The notes below the pieces were generated by a model. That model was given only the letters and a program-made list of their open reading frames with translations, was not told the origin of the DNA and searched no databases. Positions 34,667 through 47,914 of a stretch of DNA of 64,000 nucleotides are shown piece after piece (positions within the stretch are counted from its first letter, which is position 1; each line of letters opens with the position of its first letter). The DNA lies in assembly GCA_002269645.1 (NCBI GenBank), contig NIVC01001309.1, positions 62,001 to 126,000 on the forward strand, read 5' to 3'. Made by a program: the position numbers and the translations under genes. This stretch comes from Macrostomum lignano (taxonomy: Eukaryota).

Positions 34667-35488
34667 ATGCTACAAGTTGCACTGCTCGACGTTGAAAGCT
34701 TTGAGCTTGTTAGCCAAGCCCTTGAAGACAACAAACTTCTGGTCCTGGCGCTCAGTGCCCTGTTGGTATTCCTGACGATCCGCTTTGTACATCACTGCTT
34801 ATTGGGTGCTGGCACTGATGAGGCACAGCAGCCGCAGCATCCAGATCACGGCGCGGCGGATCAGAGCGCCGACTCTGCGTCCAAGAAAAGCCAGGTCGAC
34901 GACAAAACGCTGATCGACGCGTTCGAGAATTCTCGGCCGCCGCAGGATCCGATTCACGGCTTCATGGCCGGCGATCGGGACAAGGTGCCCTTCATGTGTC
35001 CCTTCTTCGAGGCGTTCAAAATGGCGCAGAAGCGATCAGAAAAAGAGCAAGAAGAGGAAGAGTTTATAGCCAAGGCTCAGCAGAAGGAACTCGAGAAGAA
35101 GGCGGCTCAATCCAAAAGTGCGATCGCACCAGAGAAGAAAAGTACACCTCCGCCACCGAAGAAGGACTCCTTGCCGAACTCGAAAGAGAATGTTAAAAGC
35201 GACAACGAACCCCAGCAACTCTCCGCGACCGCTACTGATGCTAAAGACCCACAAGACTTGAAGAATGTTCTTGGAAACGTGCCGTTCAACCACCTGCCCG
35301 GCTGTCTGAAGCGCCAAGAGCAGGGCAAGCAGTTCTCGGTCATGTCTGAGGAAGAGAAGAGCCGCGAGCGGCAGGCTGTCAGTCAGCAGTTAAGCGAAAT
35401 CTACGCTCTGCTTGCCCAGCAACGAGAAGCCATGGGCGATACGTCAATTCAGGACATGCAGGAGCAGCTCAAGCTGTATGCTCACTGA
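34667..35488 (+). CDS. MXRA7: MXRA7-like single-pass membrane protein, 273 aa, one coding exon
   Basis: N-terminal hydrophobic helix (LLVLALSALLVFLTIRFV) and charged linker. The C-terminus EEEKSRERQAVSQQLSEIYALLAQQREAMGDTSIQDMQEQLKLYAH resembles the MXRA7 conserved tail (..QL..I..L......G..S..D.QEQL.LY). Confidence 0.65.
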   Translation: MLQVALLDVESFELVSQALEDNKLLVLALSALLVFLTIRFVHHCLLGAGTDEAQQPQHPDHGAADQSADSASKKSQVDDKTLIDAFENSRPPQDPIHGFMAGDRDKVPFMCPFFEAFKMAQKRSEKEQEEEEFIAKAQQKELEKKAAQSKSAIAPEKKSTPPPPKKDSLPNSKENVKSDNEPQQLSATATDAKDPQDLKNVLGNVPFNHLPGCLKRQEQGKQFSVMSEEEKSRERQAVSQQLSEIYALLAQQREAMGDTSIQDMQEQLKLYAH

Positions 35489-35589
35489 CTCGTGTGTAAG
35501 CATGCGCGATGCATCGATCCGCATAGCAGCTAGATTAGTGACAGTAGCCAGTGTATTTTCTAGGGGATCACGTCGGCCTGGAGGTGGTC

Positions 35590-35770
35590 CCATCGGTCTA
35601 GGTCAAACTCAGTCTAGGAGGTCACATCCGTCTAGGTCATATCAGTCTAGGTCACATCAGTCTAGGAGATCACGTCAGTCTAGAAGGTCACATCGGTCTA
35701 GGAAGAGGTCACATCAGTCTAGGAGGTCGCATCAGTCTAGGTCACATCAGTCTTGGAGGAGGTCATTGGT
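35590..35770. repeat. Degenerate short tandem repeats (AGGTCACATCAGTCTAGG) downstream of the MXRA7-like gene
   Basis: Direct. Confidence 0.8.
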
Positions 35771-37814
35771 CTGAGATAAGATGAAGACTTGATCCGTCCA
35801 CGTTGGAAAATGTTTATTAACCGCGGACGATAGAAAATGAATAATATAATAAGTTTAGGAAAATCAAGGACTAACCCAATGAACCTAATGACAAGCTGAA
35901 ACATTATGTTATGAATCTCCAACCAGACATTTTAACTTAAAGATATGAATGTAAAACATGGTGATTAGCAGTCCAACTATACCAAGGAAGATTCCCCTTG
36001 AAAATTTTTCGCGCAACTCAGGCGCACGAAATTCTATGTGAACACGGGCTAACTTTTTTGTTGCGCACCTTCTCAAACAAGAATCCAGTCGCCAGCCCTC
36101 TGGGCCGTCCAGATATTCAACAATTTTGCCAGAAGGTCGGATCTTTCGCATAAATAAGCGCCAGTGTATTCAGTACACCCCTGTGCGCCAAGCCTTGCCG
36201 AGCCTCCAAATTTCATCAGCACGTCGACCACATGCGTCCGCATAAGCTTTGACTTCGTTAGTCACTGGCCTTCACCCAGGCAGAGCTTCTGGACCTTCAA
36301 CGGGTGTCACCAGGTGACTATGGACACCCTAAGCTGTTGAAATTGCGATTTTCTACAGTTTGGCCTATTAAGCCTCGATAATGGGCGAACTGAGAAAATC
36401 CAGCAACTGCTGGACATCCTCAGCTAGTCTCTCAAGCATTCAATCATCACTCCAATCACCGTCGGCACCTTCAACAGGTGGCAAAAGTTGACTATATGAA
36501 TTGTTGAGTATTATCTCAACGATCCAGAGAGCTATTGAATTGATTTTTGTTTGAAGCAAAGCTACGCAACCATAAAAGTTAACTTGTGTTCTTGAATTTC
36601 GTCTGCCTCTGAACACTAAGTTTCGGCGCAGCAAAAAAGATTGTCAAGGGAACTGGAATTCCCTCCCTTTGGTAGTTCGATGGGTGGAAAAATGGCTTGG
36701 GTATTCTTACTGTTAATCAAGACTGCATAGAATAAATATATAGGGCCAGGGCTCAGCTACTGCATAAAAAAGACGACTCTAAGTAAGAAAAGTTAGGCAC
36801 AAAAGATATAAGGCGTGAGTACGCAAAGGATTTTTAACTAATTACTAAGAGCTATAGCCTAAAGACTATAGGGAAGGGATTTAGGGAAATAATTACCATG
36901 GAGAGAAATTCTCACTGTGTACCTGTAATTAGCGCTTCATGCATGCATAGCGGGAATTCGATCGTAACCCACTGTAGCTGTCAGTCAGTTTGTATTGTTA
37001 TTATAATTAAAAATACTTTGCGCAAGCAGCATTGCAAATGCACGTATATTTAAACTGTTTGACTGTCTGCACACCTGTCAACATCTTAATCTAACACAAA
37101 ATGCAATTGACCTCTTTGATGGCGGCGTGAACTTTAGTCGTCGAATTGTTTTGTTTTTCTTTGAAGGTGATTTAATTTGACAATTTTATCGATTTTCTTA
37201 TCGAAACAGAGCACCTCAATTGCACCTTTGCAGTTATTATAGCTCCACTTGCAATCATTGTAAACATTTTTTATCGCTTTTACACTCGAAAATTTAATGC
37301 GTTCGTCTGTTCGTTGTATTGTTAATTGCATTCCATATAACCGTAATTTAAACAAAATTGCACTTTCAACTTTAAGCTGTGAATTGTTTTGATTACAACA
37401 GTAAAAAACTACTGCAAGTTTTTTGTTTCATTTTCAAACAAAACGTTTTTATTGTTTCTTTAGCCCTAGTCAAGCAGTATTTTAAAATGATCGTCCGTCT
37501 ATTTGGTAGTTTTGCCAGCTTTTATGTCAGTGTTTTTTGTGCTCCGTTTGCTTCTTAATTAGCAGCTTTTTTGGCGCGTAAGATTTGTCAGTAGTGCTTA
37601 AGTGAGTAGTATCATGCAGGACATTTTTGTAATTTTTTTGCGATTTTATTTTACCAGTAACAAGTCTCATTTTTACATTCAATAAATAAGTGGGCCGCAA
37701 CATTGTGATTTTCTATTACTAAAAGCTTGACGATTTTCTGTGCACTATATAATAAACTACGCAGAGTTCAATGGCGTTTTTATGGCCTTCATTTACATTT
37801 ATTTCTTTTCGGGG

Positions 37815-37990
37815 CTGAAGATCCTACAGTGGTTTGAGCGTCGGACTCACGACTTGAAGGTCGGGGGTTCGATTCTCGATCCCACTGGAACAATTTGTGT
37901 CCTTGAGCAAAACACTTAACACTGCATTGCTTCAGCTCACTCAGCTGTAAAATGGTTGCCAGCATTAGCTGGGGTAATTGAGGGTGTGTG
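37815..37990 (+). mobile_element. tRNA-derived SINE with a CORE/Meta-like central domain
   Basis: A-box-like GTGGTTTGAGCG and B-box-like GGTTCGATTCTC, followed by GTGTCCTTGAGCAAAACACTTAAC...CAGCTGTAAAATGG, which resembles the conserved central domain of CORE/Meta SINEs. Confidence 0.6.
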
Positions 37991-39277
37991 GCGACCCCCC
38001 CCCCCAGTATTACCAACAGAGCTATTAGAAAGGCAAAACATATCAAAAGATGAACAATGGGTCTCCCCTCTATCGAAAGCAATAAATTTTTTTCTGCTGA
38101 AAAGATTGAACCTCCCAATCTTCGTAATCTACTTTTTTGGTTAAACCTTGAGTAGTCCTTACCTACGACTTAAAGCTATTTAAAAAGAAATCAAATAAAG
38201 ACTGAATATTGCCAGAAAAAACCCACCTAAGAAACCCCAAATCCAGCGGTGTGCATAGCTAGCGAGGCTACCGTTTCGTCACAACTAGTTTCTGTCACAA
38301 GGACTCCACCTCCTGCCCGACACCCGGAGCCCTCTGCGGCTTAGATCAAAGTAATTCTACTTCATTTTTTTCATCACAAGCTACAGAATTCCTTTAAACT
38401 GTAAACTAAACGAAAGTTTCACCGATTTAATAACTACAACAGAAACAGAGGAGTTCTAAAAACATTTCACAATCAGTATGAAGACACCAAAGACACTAAT
38501 AATAAATGACAGTCAAATCTCTTTGCTCGATTGCCAGTTTATTATTTTTATTACCAGATGATCAGAACGATAAATTAGAACTCAGCAAAATTAATCACCA
38601 CAAAATAAATATTTGATTAATAATCTTATTAATAATTATAACTGATGACTGGGGCGCATACAGGCTGAGTGAGTAGTCAAGCAAAATAAGAGAAAAAAAT
38701 TGTCATTCATATGATAGAACTGACCCAAAAATTTTATGCCAAATGAGTATGCATGAGTAGCTCAGTAAATGGGATTGGGTCTAGATAATATAATATACAC
38801 ACAATTTACCACTGACAGTGACGTTTTGGTTGTCGTTTTCTAAGAAACGAGGTTCCATGTCATTCTACTTAAGTCGTCCTTGAAAACGATTCATGAGTAG
38901 TCCTTGGTTATTACAACATTTGAATCCTTTTTTAACATCTAGTTAACATCAAGATTCGCAAATTGAAAACAAAACAGTCAGAAGTTTAAAGACGTTTTTA
39001 TTTCTAAATCGACTTAGGAAATTCTTTAACCTTACTCCTAGCCTAAAGAAGTATTTCTCTTCGTCCTTTTGTAGGCTCATTTTTTGGATAAATCTGCGTT
39101 TTGCTTTTACGCTACTATCAGTAGTTTTATCCCAGGAAAATATCAGAATTCGGTTAGTTTTAAGGGTTTGCTAACATTATTTAGGGTAGTGTTGCTTCAA
39201 ATCATCTAGCGTTGATTTTCTAGCATCCATTGACTAACAATTGACAGTCTCAACTATGTTAACAGAAAGTCTAGAAT

Positions 39278-39836
39278 CTAGCTCAGCACCCGGGCAGTGA
39301 GCAGCCACATAAACAAAGGCTGCAGGCCGGCAATGAACAACAGCATGTAGAGCCGGCGTTTGTGGCCTTCGCTAGAGTGATCGGCAGCTTGGATTTGAAA
39401 GTTCAGAGTGCGGATCTGCCAGTGGCGGTTGGGTTGAAATGAAATATGAAAGTACATGTCAAGGTGATTACAAAATATTGCACAGTATTCAGAGTATTGC
39501 ACTCACAAGAAAGAAGGCCAGTGCGGCGCCAAACCACAGTAGAGCGATATAGAAGCCAAGCGAGCTGAATAGCAGGCCGCTGAGAACTATGGCGATCATG
39601 CTGCGCAATGTTTAGGGTGTTCAGGCAAAGTCAGGGCTTTTAGGTTTGCATGTGAATGCCCGTTTGTCTTAATCTAGATTTGGTGAGTACCTTCAGCTAG
39701 TGTCTACTGCCTATACTGTTCTCTATGATGTATTACATTTTCCGGTTGTGTCTGCCTGCCTGCCTGTTTGTCTGTCTGTCTTTCTGCCTGCCTGTCTGTC
39801 TGTCTGTCGACTGTCTTTCTGCCTGTATGTCCGTCC

Positions 39837-39887
<51 letters not shown>

Positions 39888-40145
39888 GACTGTCTTTCTG
39901 CCTGTATGTCCGTCCGTCTATCTATCTGTCTGTCTGTCTGGCTGTCGACTGTCTTTCTGCCTGTATGTCCGTCCGTCTATCTATCTGTCTGTCTGTCTGT
40001 CTGTCGACTGTCTTTCTGCCTGTATGTCCGTCCGTATGTCTGTCTGTCTGTCTGTCTGTCTGTCTTTCTGCCTGTATGTCCGTCCGTCTGTCTGTCTGTC
40101 CGTCCGTCCGTCCGTCTGTCTGTCTGTCCGTCCGTCCGTCCGTCT

Positions 40146-40179
<34 letters not shown>

Positions 40180-42162
40180 CTGTCTTTCTGCCTGTATGTC
40201 CGTCCGTCCGTCTGTCTGTCTGTCCGTCCGTCTGTCTGTCTGTCTCTCTGTCTGTCTGTCTCTTCCTTCTGTTCGCCTGTCCATTCGGAGGTCTGAATTT
40301 TGTTCATGTGTCTGCCTGCCTGCCCCCCTGTCTGTCAGTCTACCCGCAGCACCCCAAACAGCACTCACCCAACATATTTATACCCAGCGTAGGCAACCAG
40401 ATCCAAATACCTCAGCCGGGAGTTCAAATTAAATATATAGAAAGTCAGCAGCAGTGCCAGGATTTCAACCAGCAGCCACACCAGAGCTGTGCTGGTCAGC
40501 ACGCCCAGCTGCTCCGGGGTGAACTTGTTGCCAATGCCAAGAGCTACTCCGCACAGCAATATATAGGTGACAAAGGCCATCACGGGGATGTACAGATCCG
40601 GCGCGTTGACATCGAACCGTGGCGCCACCGGTACAGACTGTTGCGGCTGCTGCTGCTGAGGCGCCTGCGCCTGCTCATCGCTGCTATATTTCAAACTCCA
40701 ATTCTTATTAGCATAGGGAAACAATAGCAGCATTAGTTTCTTGCCAACGTAGGCATTGTCAACAGCGAAATAGTATTTAATCCGGCTGTTAGTGACGTAT
40801 TTGTTGAGATTCTCCTGCACGTACTGGGTGCCTTGACCGAACACCTGCTGGCCGTATTGCATTGCCATGTCGTTCACCATTGGATTGTTGAGCAGTTGGC
40901 CAGGATTGAAGCTGGGCTGGTAGGATTGCTGCTGCGGCTGCTGCGGCTGGCCGGGAGGCTGGTACTGCGGCTGGTATGCGCCTATTAGAAGGTTCACAAG
41001 TGTTCAGGTATGATGGAGAACAACAGCTTAATGCAGTTGACTAGATCAAAGCACTAAAGGGTCAGAAACAGCATTAAATTTGCAATATTACTCGTATCAG
41101 TAGATTTATAATTTTAAGAGTATATAAAAACAGTGAGATTAGATAAGTGCCTAAGATAAGAGAAGGTATTTTTTTCAGTTCCATTAGAGGACACTAATAA
41201 AGTCACATTTTAGTAAGAGGGTGACTTTACAAGGTTTTAAAGTGAGATTGGGTGAGACTAGACGAAATGAGACTGGGTGAGATTGGATGAGACTGTGCGA
41301 GATTGGATGAGACTGTATGAGATTGGACGAGACTGAGTGAGATTGGATGAGACTGTATGAGATAGGGTGAGACTGTGTGAGATTGGATGAGACTGTATGA
41401 GGTTGGACGAGACTAAGTGAGATTGGATGAGACTGTGTGAGATAGGATGAGACTGAGTGAGATTGGATGAGACTGAGTGAGATTAGATGAGAATACAACT
41501 GTGAGTTAAAAAAGCTAAAAAAATGAGCAAAATAAATAAATTTCAGTAATAATGAATTCTTCATAAATAAATATTCTAGGTCCCTTAACCAGATGAAGTT
41601 TATTGACAATAGTGCCACTAAAAATCCAGTGCTAACGCACACTGTTACTGACACAAGATTTGGGAAAGCACATGAAAAACTACTTCACCGTATTGATCAC
41701 AGATCAAGAATATTGGATAATAAGTAAAACCATAAGAGCAAGCATATTAATTCTCTACACGTGGACTCACCATCCATAGAAAAGGCTTGAAACCAAAAGA
41801 AAATGAAGTAATTCGGTAAGTTGTTATAACATTGATCAATGCATTACAGTTTCAGCATGCAAGGCTGCACACAATATTTGAGTTACACTCAGCTAAGCAT
41901 TGTACTGCATGTATTGCTATAAAGTACTTTAATTGTACTTTCTAACATGCTGTTTCAACAAGCCACCTTCTAACACGTTTAGTCATTTCTGTTTGCAGAA
42001 ATCTAGACTGAGACTTCTATTAGCAGGCAAAGACACAAATACAGACGGGTAGACGGACAGGATGACAGGCGGACAGACACAAATAAATAACCAGACAGAC
42101 AGGCAGACAGACACAGACAGAGAGATAGACAGACAGACAGACAGACAGACAGTCACGCAGAC

Positions 42163-42193
<31 letters not shown>

Positions 42194-42196
42194 GGC

Positions 42197-42235
<39 letters not shown>

Positions 42236-42566
42236 GGCAGACAGACAGACAGACACAGACAGACAGGCAGACAGACAGGCAGACAGTAGAAACTGAAGCG
42301 ATCAAACGCCTATCTCTAACAAAGCCCTAATAAAACCTCGCAAGCTCGTCAAACTCACCAGCACCGTAGGGATCGCTGGCAAATGCCTGGTGAGCACTGG
42401 GATCGTAGAACCCCTGCTGCGGCGGCGGCGGTGGCGGCGGCGGCTGCATGCCAAAGCCGGCCTGCGGCATGTCGGAAGTGTCGTCGAAAAGCGCCGGCGG
42501 CGCCGCCCCCTGCTGCTGACGCGTCGGTTTTGAGGCGCCGCGATGGCGCCGACTGCCGCTGCTCAT
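39278..42566 (-). CDS. YIF1: YIF1 (Yip1-interacting factor) ER-Golgi membrane protein, 350 aa; exons 42566-42359, 40981-40369, 39600-39507, 39415-39278
   Basis: LFDDTS near the N-terminus, then KYYFAVDNAYVGKKLMLLLFPY, PRFDVNAPDLYIPVMAFVTYIL, FTPEQLG and DLVAYAGYKYVG-MIAIVLSGLLF. GT-AG introns with consistent phases (208+613+94+138=1053 nt). Confidence 0.95.
39745..40345. repeat. Compound (TCTG)n/(TCCG)n microsatellite filling YIF1 intron 2
   Basis: Direct; source of the SVCL/TDRQ ORFs. Confidence 0.95.
41250..41490. repeat. 20-bp minisatellite (GAGATTGGATGAGACTG[T/A]GT) in YIF1 intron 1
   Basis: Direct. Confidence 0.9.
42040..42285. repeat. (GACA)n microsatellite in YIF1 intron 1
   Basis: Direct. 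Confidence 0.92.
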
Positions 42567-43019
42567 TTTTTGTTTTGTTTTTAACAAAAATTGATTTTGT
42601 TTATTCCAGTTTTGCAACGTTTAGTCTTCGCTGGGATATGGATCTGAAAATTATTCAAAGAAGCATATACATAAATATAGTAATAAATGCTGTACTAACC
42701 GCGGCTAACTCTGCTTAACCTATAAAAAATGGATAAAGAGCGAAATATGAAATAAAATAAATTAAATATAAGTGTACACAAGGCCTGTTTATGTTTTATA
42801 TAAAACTGATAGTTTATTAATAGGCTAAAAATTCTATAAATAAATAATATGTTTTACCAAAAACACGCCTTTAATAAAATCCAATAAAAGATTTGTTTTT
42901 GACACACAATAACGAGGCGAGCGCAGTTCATCAATTCAATAGTTGGACACAGCAAACTGATAACTGATCACAGATCAGAGGATTGGGAAAGTTTGGAAGC
43001 ATTTAATCCAAGCTGGATT

Positions 43020-43545
43020 TACTTGGGGTCTGAACTGGATTAACACGAGATCTGAACTGGATTAACATAGGATCTGAACTGGATTAACTTGTACTTGGGA
43101 TCTGAAATAGGGATTATGGGATCTGAGTAATTTGGGGAATATGGGATCTGAATAATCTGGGGTTTATGGGATCTGACTAATCTGGGGAACATGGGATCTG
43201 ACTAATCTGGGGAATATGGGATCTGACTAATTTGGGGAATATGGGATCTGACTAATCTGGGGAACATGGGATCTGACTAATCTGGGGAATATGGGATCTG
43301 ACTAATATGGGGAATATGGGATCTGACTAATCTGGGGAATATGGGATCTGACTAATCTGGGGAACATGGGATCTGACTAATTTGGGGAATATGGGATCTG
43401 AGTAATCTAGGGAATATGGGATCTGAATAATCTAGGGAATATGGGATCTAAATAATCTAGGGAATATGGGATCTGAATAATATGGTGAATATGGGATCTG
43501 AATAATCTAGGGAATATGGGATCTGAATAATCTGGGTTTATGGGA
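43020..43545. repeat. ~25-bp minisatellite (ATGGGATCTGACTAATCTGGGGAAT) between OMA1 and YIF1
   Basis: Direct. Confidence 0.9.
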
Positions 43546-43661
43546 TATTAAGCAGTAAAAAATATTATCACTGAAATCACTGAACGAGATCACTGAAATC
43601 GCAAGTATCAGGTATTTTCAATTAAGATATGTGGCAAGCTTGCTTCCATTATTCAGTTACA

Positions 43662-46600
43662 CTATGCCCGCTTATTCTTAGAAACGTCAGTCTCGTTGCC
43701 ATGCGAGCCGCTGAATCTGTTGCGAAGGCCTTGCATGCCCCTGCGCAACAGATCGTAGACCGAGTCCGCAGGACTTTGATCTCGTTGGCCAAGCGGCACG
43801 CAGCCGCAGGAGGCTCTGGTCGCAATGGCTCGGTCCTGCAAGCCGCGCAACAGGCTGGCTCGATCGGCACTCAGCGGATGAGTGGAGAGAAACTCTGGCA
43901 CCCGCGATTCCCTCGCCTCCTCCATGTAGTCCATGAGCTCCCAGAACCTGGCCGCCTCCCTGGGATCGTAGCAGCTGGCTGAGGCGATTTCTAAACCCAC
44001 GGCATCGGCTTCCAGCTCCAGGCGCCGGCTGAACGGCATGTGCAGAAAGATGCTGATCAGATGGTCCTGTTGCAGGGACAAGCGAACTTCGGGAGTGATA
44101 GTCAAAATCTCAAACTGGACTGGACTGTGTCTCAATCGAAATCTCACCTGAGATTCTGCATTTCAATCAAAATCTCAATATATAAGTTTGTGATCACTTT
44201 CTACAAACGATCTTAAATATTTTGACAGGTAATAATCTCACCCAGAAGATTGTGACAGGTAATAATCTCGCCCATAAGATTGTGACAGATAATAATCTCA
44301 CCTATAAGATTGTGACAGATAATAATCTCACCCATAAGATTGTGACAGATAACAATCTCACCCATAAGATTGTGACAGATAATAATCTCACCCATAAGAT
44401 TGTGACAGATAATAATCTCACCCATAAGATTGTGACAGATAATAATCTCACCCATAAGATTGTGACAGATAATAATCTCACTCATAAGATTGTGACAGAT
44501 AATAATCTCACTCATAAGATTGTGACAGATAATAATCTCACTCATAAGATTGTGACAGATAATAATCTCACTCATAAGATTGTGACAGATAATAATCTTA
44601 CAATTCTGAGACATAACAGTACCTGAATAGCGTATCCAAAAGCAGCCACAATATCCGGCACAAACAGCCAGGTGAGAGCGGTGAGCGGCAGCAGCACCAA
44701 GGTATAGACTGCATTGCCAATTGTGACACTTTCTCGCGAATGACCAATAAAAACGTGAGCCAGTTCGTGCGCCAGAATAAAAGCCAATTGATGGTCATTT
44801 TCCACGAATTTCAGCATGCCAGAGTACACTAAAATGTCGCCAGTACTGAAGCACATTGCGTTAACCGTCTCATCGTCTTCAATGACGCACACTCGCCAAC
44901 GACAGTAAAAATCTGGAAACATTTTCTCGGCGGCTGGCAGCAGCGACTCAATAATTTCGGCCACTCGGCGCGTGTACGGATGCTCGGAGGTGTACATCGC
45001 GCCTTCTTTTAAGACGTCTTCCAAGAGGGCGTTTAACCCTAGCCGAGAGTATTCGTTTAGCCTGTCAAAATAATTTGTGCGCATCATGTGAAACATTGGC
45101 CTTCTGAGCTCGATTTCAAGTGCAATTTGGGGCTAAATAATTGCAATCTCGGCTTGGCTCTGCTTGTGGCTCTGTGGGGCTAAAATGAGTGCCTGCGGCG
45201 CTAAAATAGGCGCTAAAATGAGTGCCTGCGGTGGTAAAATGAGTGCCTGTGGCGCTTAAATGAGTGCCTGCGTCGCTGAAATGAGTGCCTGCGGCGCTAA
45301 AATGAGTGCCTGCGGCGCTAAAATGGGTGCCTGCGGAGCTAAAATGAGTACCTGCGGCGCTAAAATGAGTGCCTGCGGCGCTAAAATGAGTGCCTGCGGT
45401 GGTAAAATGAGTGCCTGTGGCGCTTAAATGAGTGCCTGCGTCGCTGAAATGAGTGCCTGCGGCGCTAAAATGAGTGCCTGCGGCGCTAAAATGGGTGCCT
45501 GCGGAGCTAAAATGAGTACCTGCGGCGCTAAAATGAGTGCCTGCGGCGCTTAAATGAGTGCCTGCGGCGCTAAAGTGAGTGCCTGTGGCGCTAAAATGAG
45601 TGCCTGCGACGCTAAAATGAGTGCCTGCGGCGCTTAAATGAGTGATTGCGGCGCTTAAATGAGTGCCTGCGGCGCTTAAATGAGTGCCTGCGGCGCTTAA
45701 ATGAGTGATTGCGGCGCTTAAATGAGTGATTGCGGCGCTTAAATGAGTGCCTGCGGCGCTTAAATGAGTGATTGCGGCGCTTAAATGAGTGCCTGCGGCG
45801 CTTAAATGAGTGCCTGCGGCGCTTAAATGAGTGATTGCGGCGCTTAAATGAGTGATTGCGGCGCTTAAATGAGTGCCTGCGGCGCTTAAATGAGTGATTG
45901 CGGCGCTTAAATGAGTGCCTGCGGCGCTTAAATGAGTGCCTGCGGCGCTTAAATGAGTTCCTGCGGCGCTAAAATGAGTGCCTGCGTCGCTGAAATGAGT
46001 GCCTGCGGCGCTTAAATGAGTGCCTGCGGCGCTTAAATGAGTTCCTGCGGAGCTAAAATGAGTGCCTGCGGCGCTAAAATGAGTGCCTGCGGAGCTAAAA
46101 TGAGTGCCTGCGGCGCTAAAATGAGTGCCTGTGGCGCTAAAATGAGTGCCTGCGGAGCTATAATGAGTGCCGCGCTAAAATGAGTGCCTGCGGCGCTTAA
46201 ATGAGTGATTGCGGCGCTTAAATGAGTGCCTGCGGCGCTAAAATGAGTGCCTGCGGCGCTAAAATGAGTGCCTGCGGCGCTTAAATGGGTGCCTGCGGCG
46301 CTAAAATGAGTGCCTGCGACGCTAAAATGAGTGCCTGCGGCGCTTAAATGAGTGATTGCGGCGCTTAAATGAGTGCCTGCGGCGCTTAAATGAGTGCCTG
46401 CGGCGCTTAAATGAGTGCCTGCAGCGCTAAAATGAGTGCCTGCGGCGCTTAAATGAGTGATTGCGGCGCTTAAATGAGTGCCTGCGGCGCTTAAATGAGT
46501 GCCTGCGGCGCTTAAATGAGTTCCTGCGGCGCTAAAATGAGTGCCTGCGGCGCTTAAATGAGTGCCTGTGGCGCTTAAATGAGTGCCTGCGGCGCTTAAA

Positions 46601-47270
46601 TGAGTTCCTGCGGCGCTAAAATGAGTGCCTGTGGCGCTAAAATGAGTGCCTGTGGCGCTAAAATGAGTGCCTGTGACGCTAAAATGAGTGCCTGCGGCGC
46701 TTAAATGAGTGCCTGTGGCGCTAAAATGAGTGCCTGCGGCGCTAAAATGAGTGTGGCGCTAAAATAAGCACTGACAACACCCTTTCTCAAAATAATGTAG
46801 TTGTAGGAATTTAGTCATGTACAATACATGCACATGTATAATTCTTTGCTTTGTCTCTCCCCCACCATGGTTCTAAGTACAGAAAAGCTCAGCTGATACC
46901 TTTCAGTAGATATGGTGACCACCCTGAGTCGGCCGGTAAACGGCGCCCGCTCCAAGTGCCAGGCATAGTAGCCCAGGCAGCCAACGCAGCAGCTGATTCC
47001 GCCGCCTATCAACAAGCGCCTACGAGCAGATAAGTACGCTAAGTACTTTTCTTTAGTCTCGGGCTTGAATTTGCTCCATTTTCGACGAGCAACTCTAGCA
47101 GTTAGCGCTGTAGCCATCTTCAACAGTGGCTTCATCAATACCACTACAAGTACAGGCGGTGCTCGGTTCGTTGTCGAGGTGTGAAATAATTTTTTTAACT
47201 GGCGCAGCTGATGCTGCGGCTGAGTAGGCGCCAAGCGCCATCGCATGTGGCGAGAAAGTGTTGACAGCAT
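43662..47270 (-). CDS. OMA1: OMA1 mitochondrial inner-membrane zinc metallopeptidase (M48), 404 aa; exons 47270-46900, 45061-44623, 44066-43662
   Basis: Basic N-terminal presequence-like segment, HLERAPFTGRLR, WRVCVIEDDETVNAMCF..GDILVYSGML, HELAH (HEXXH), PFSRRLELEADAVG, YDPREA and PEFLSTHP. Splice phases are consistent (371+439+405=1215 nt). Confidence 0.95.
44215..44600. repeat. 30-bp minisatellite (CATAAGATTGTGACAGATAATAATCTCACC) in OMA1 intron 2
   Basis: Direct. Confidence 0.95.
45176..46765. repeat. 20-bp GC-rich minisatellite (AAATGAGTGCCTGCGGCGCT[A/T]), about 1.6 kb, in OMA1 intron 1
   Basis: Direct. Confidence 0.95.
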
Positions 47271-47914
47271 AAGTTTATAATTATATTTATGAGCATGGCA
47301 AAAAAAGTGACCAGGAAAAATGAATGGAATAAAATTTTTATATAACAGATGCAGATATGAATTAGGGCTGATGGCTTAAGTAGATAAATAATCATTGTAA
47401 GCTTAGACAAATTTTGTACTTAAAATTGAAACATTTAAAACTGGGATGCCAGACAGATATTAAGGCTTCTAATGTTGACTGCCACATCCTTAAAATTGCA
47501 ACTATTTACTATTTCAACTAGGATTTCTATACTATGTATTTCTCTACTTAGCCAAAGTTTTTTGTTTAGATATTTTTAAATATACTATGTGGTACAAATA
47601 ACTACAGACACTTACCCTACCTTAGACATCTTAAGGGTGTATCTTAAGAATAATAGTCACTAATACTAGAGGCAATGCCTTCAAGGATACCATTATAATG
47701 TAATTGTGTAATTGCCAAAGATATTTGCTATGAATCTCTTTTATCTAAAGTAACAAAAAGACAACAAAATAAAGCCTTCACAAAGATAATGGGCATTCCC
47801 CCTTAATAGAAACCATCTCCAAGATAGCACCCTAGAAAAAAACATGCTAAACTTAGAAAGTCAACCATGGTACTTTCATGACAAGATTGACTCACAAAGT
47901 TTTCAAAGTAAGTA

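Noticed and set aside
35900-36500. Minus-strand decayed coding-like stretch (ARVHIEFRAPELREKF), possibly a retroelement ORF1
   Set aside because: Multiple stops and no diagnostic motif; family not assignable.
37134-37355. 73-aa ORF with CKGAIEVL, faintly like a YqaJ nuclease motif
   Set aside because: Too short, AT-rich, and lacks the rest of the motif set.
39700-40727. Long plus-strand SVCL-rich ORFs
   Set aside because: Microsatellite translation plus antisense of YIF1 exon 2.
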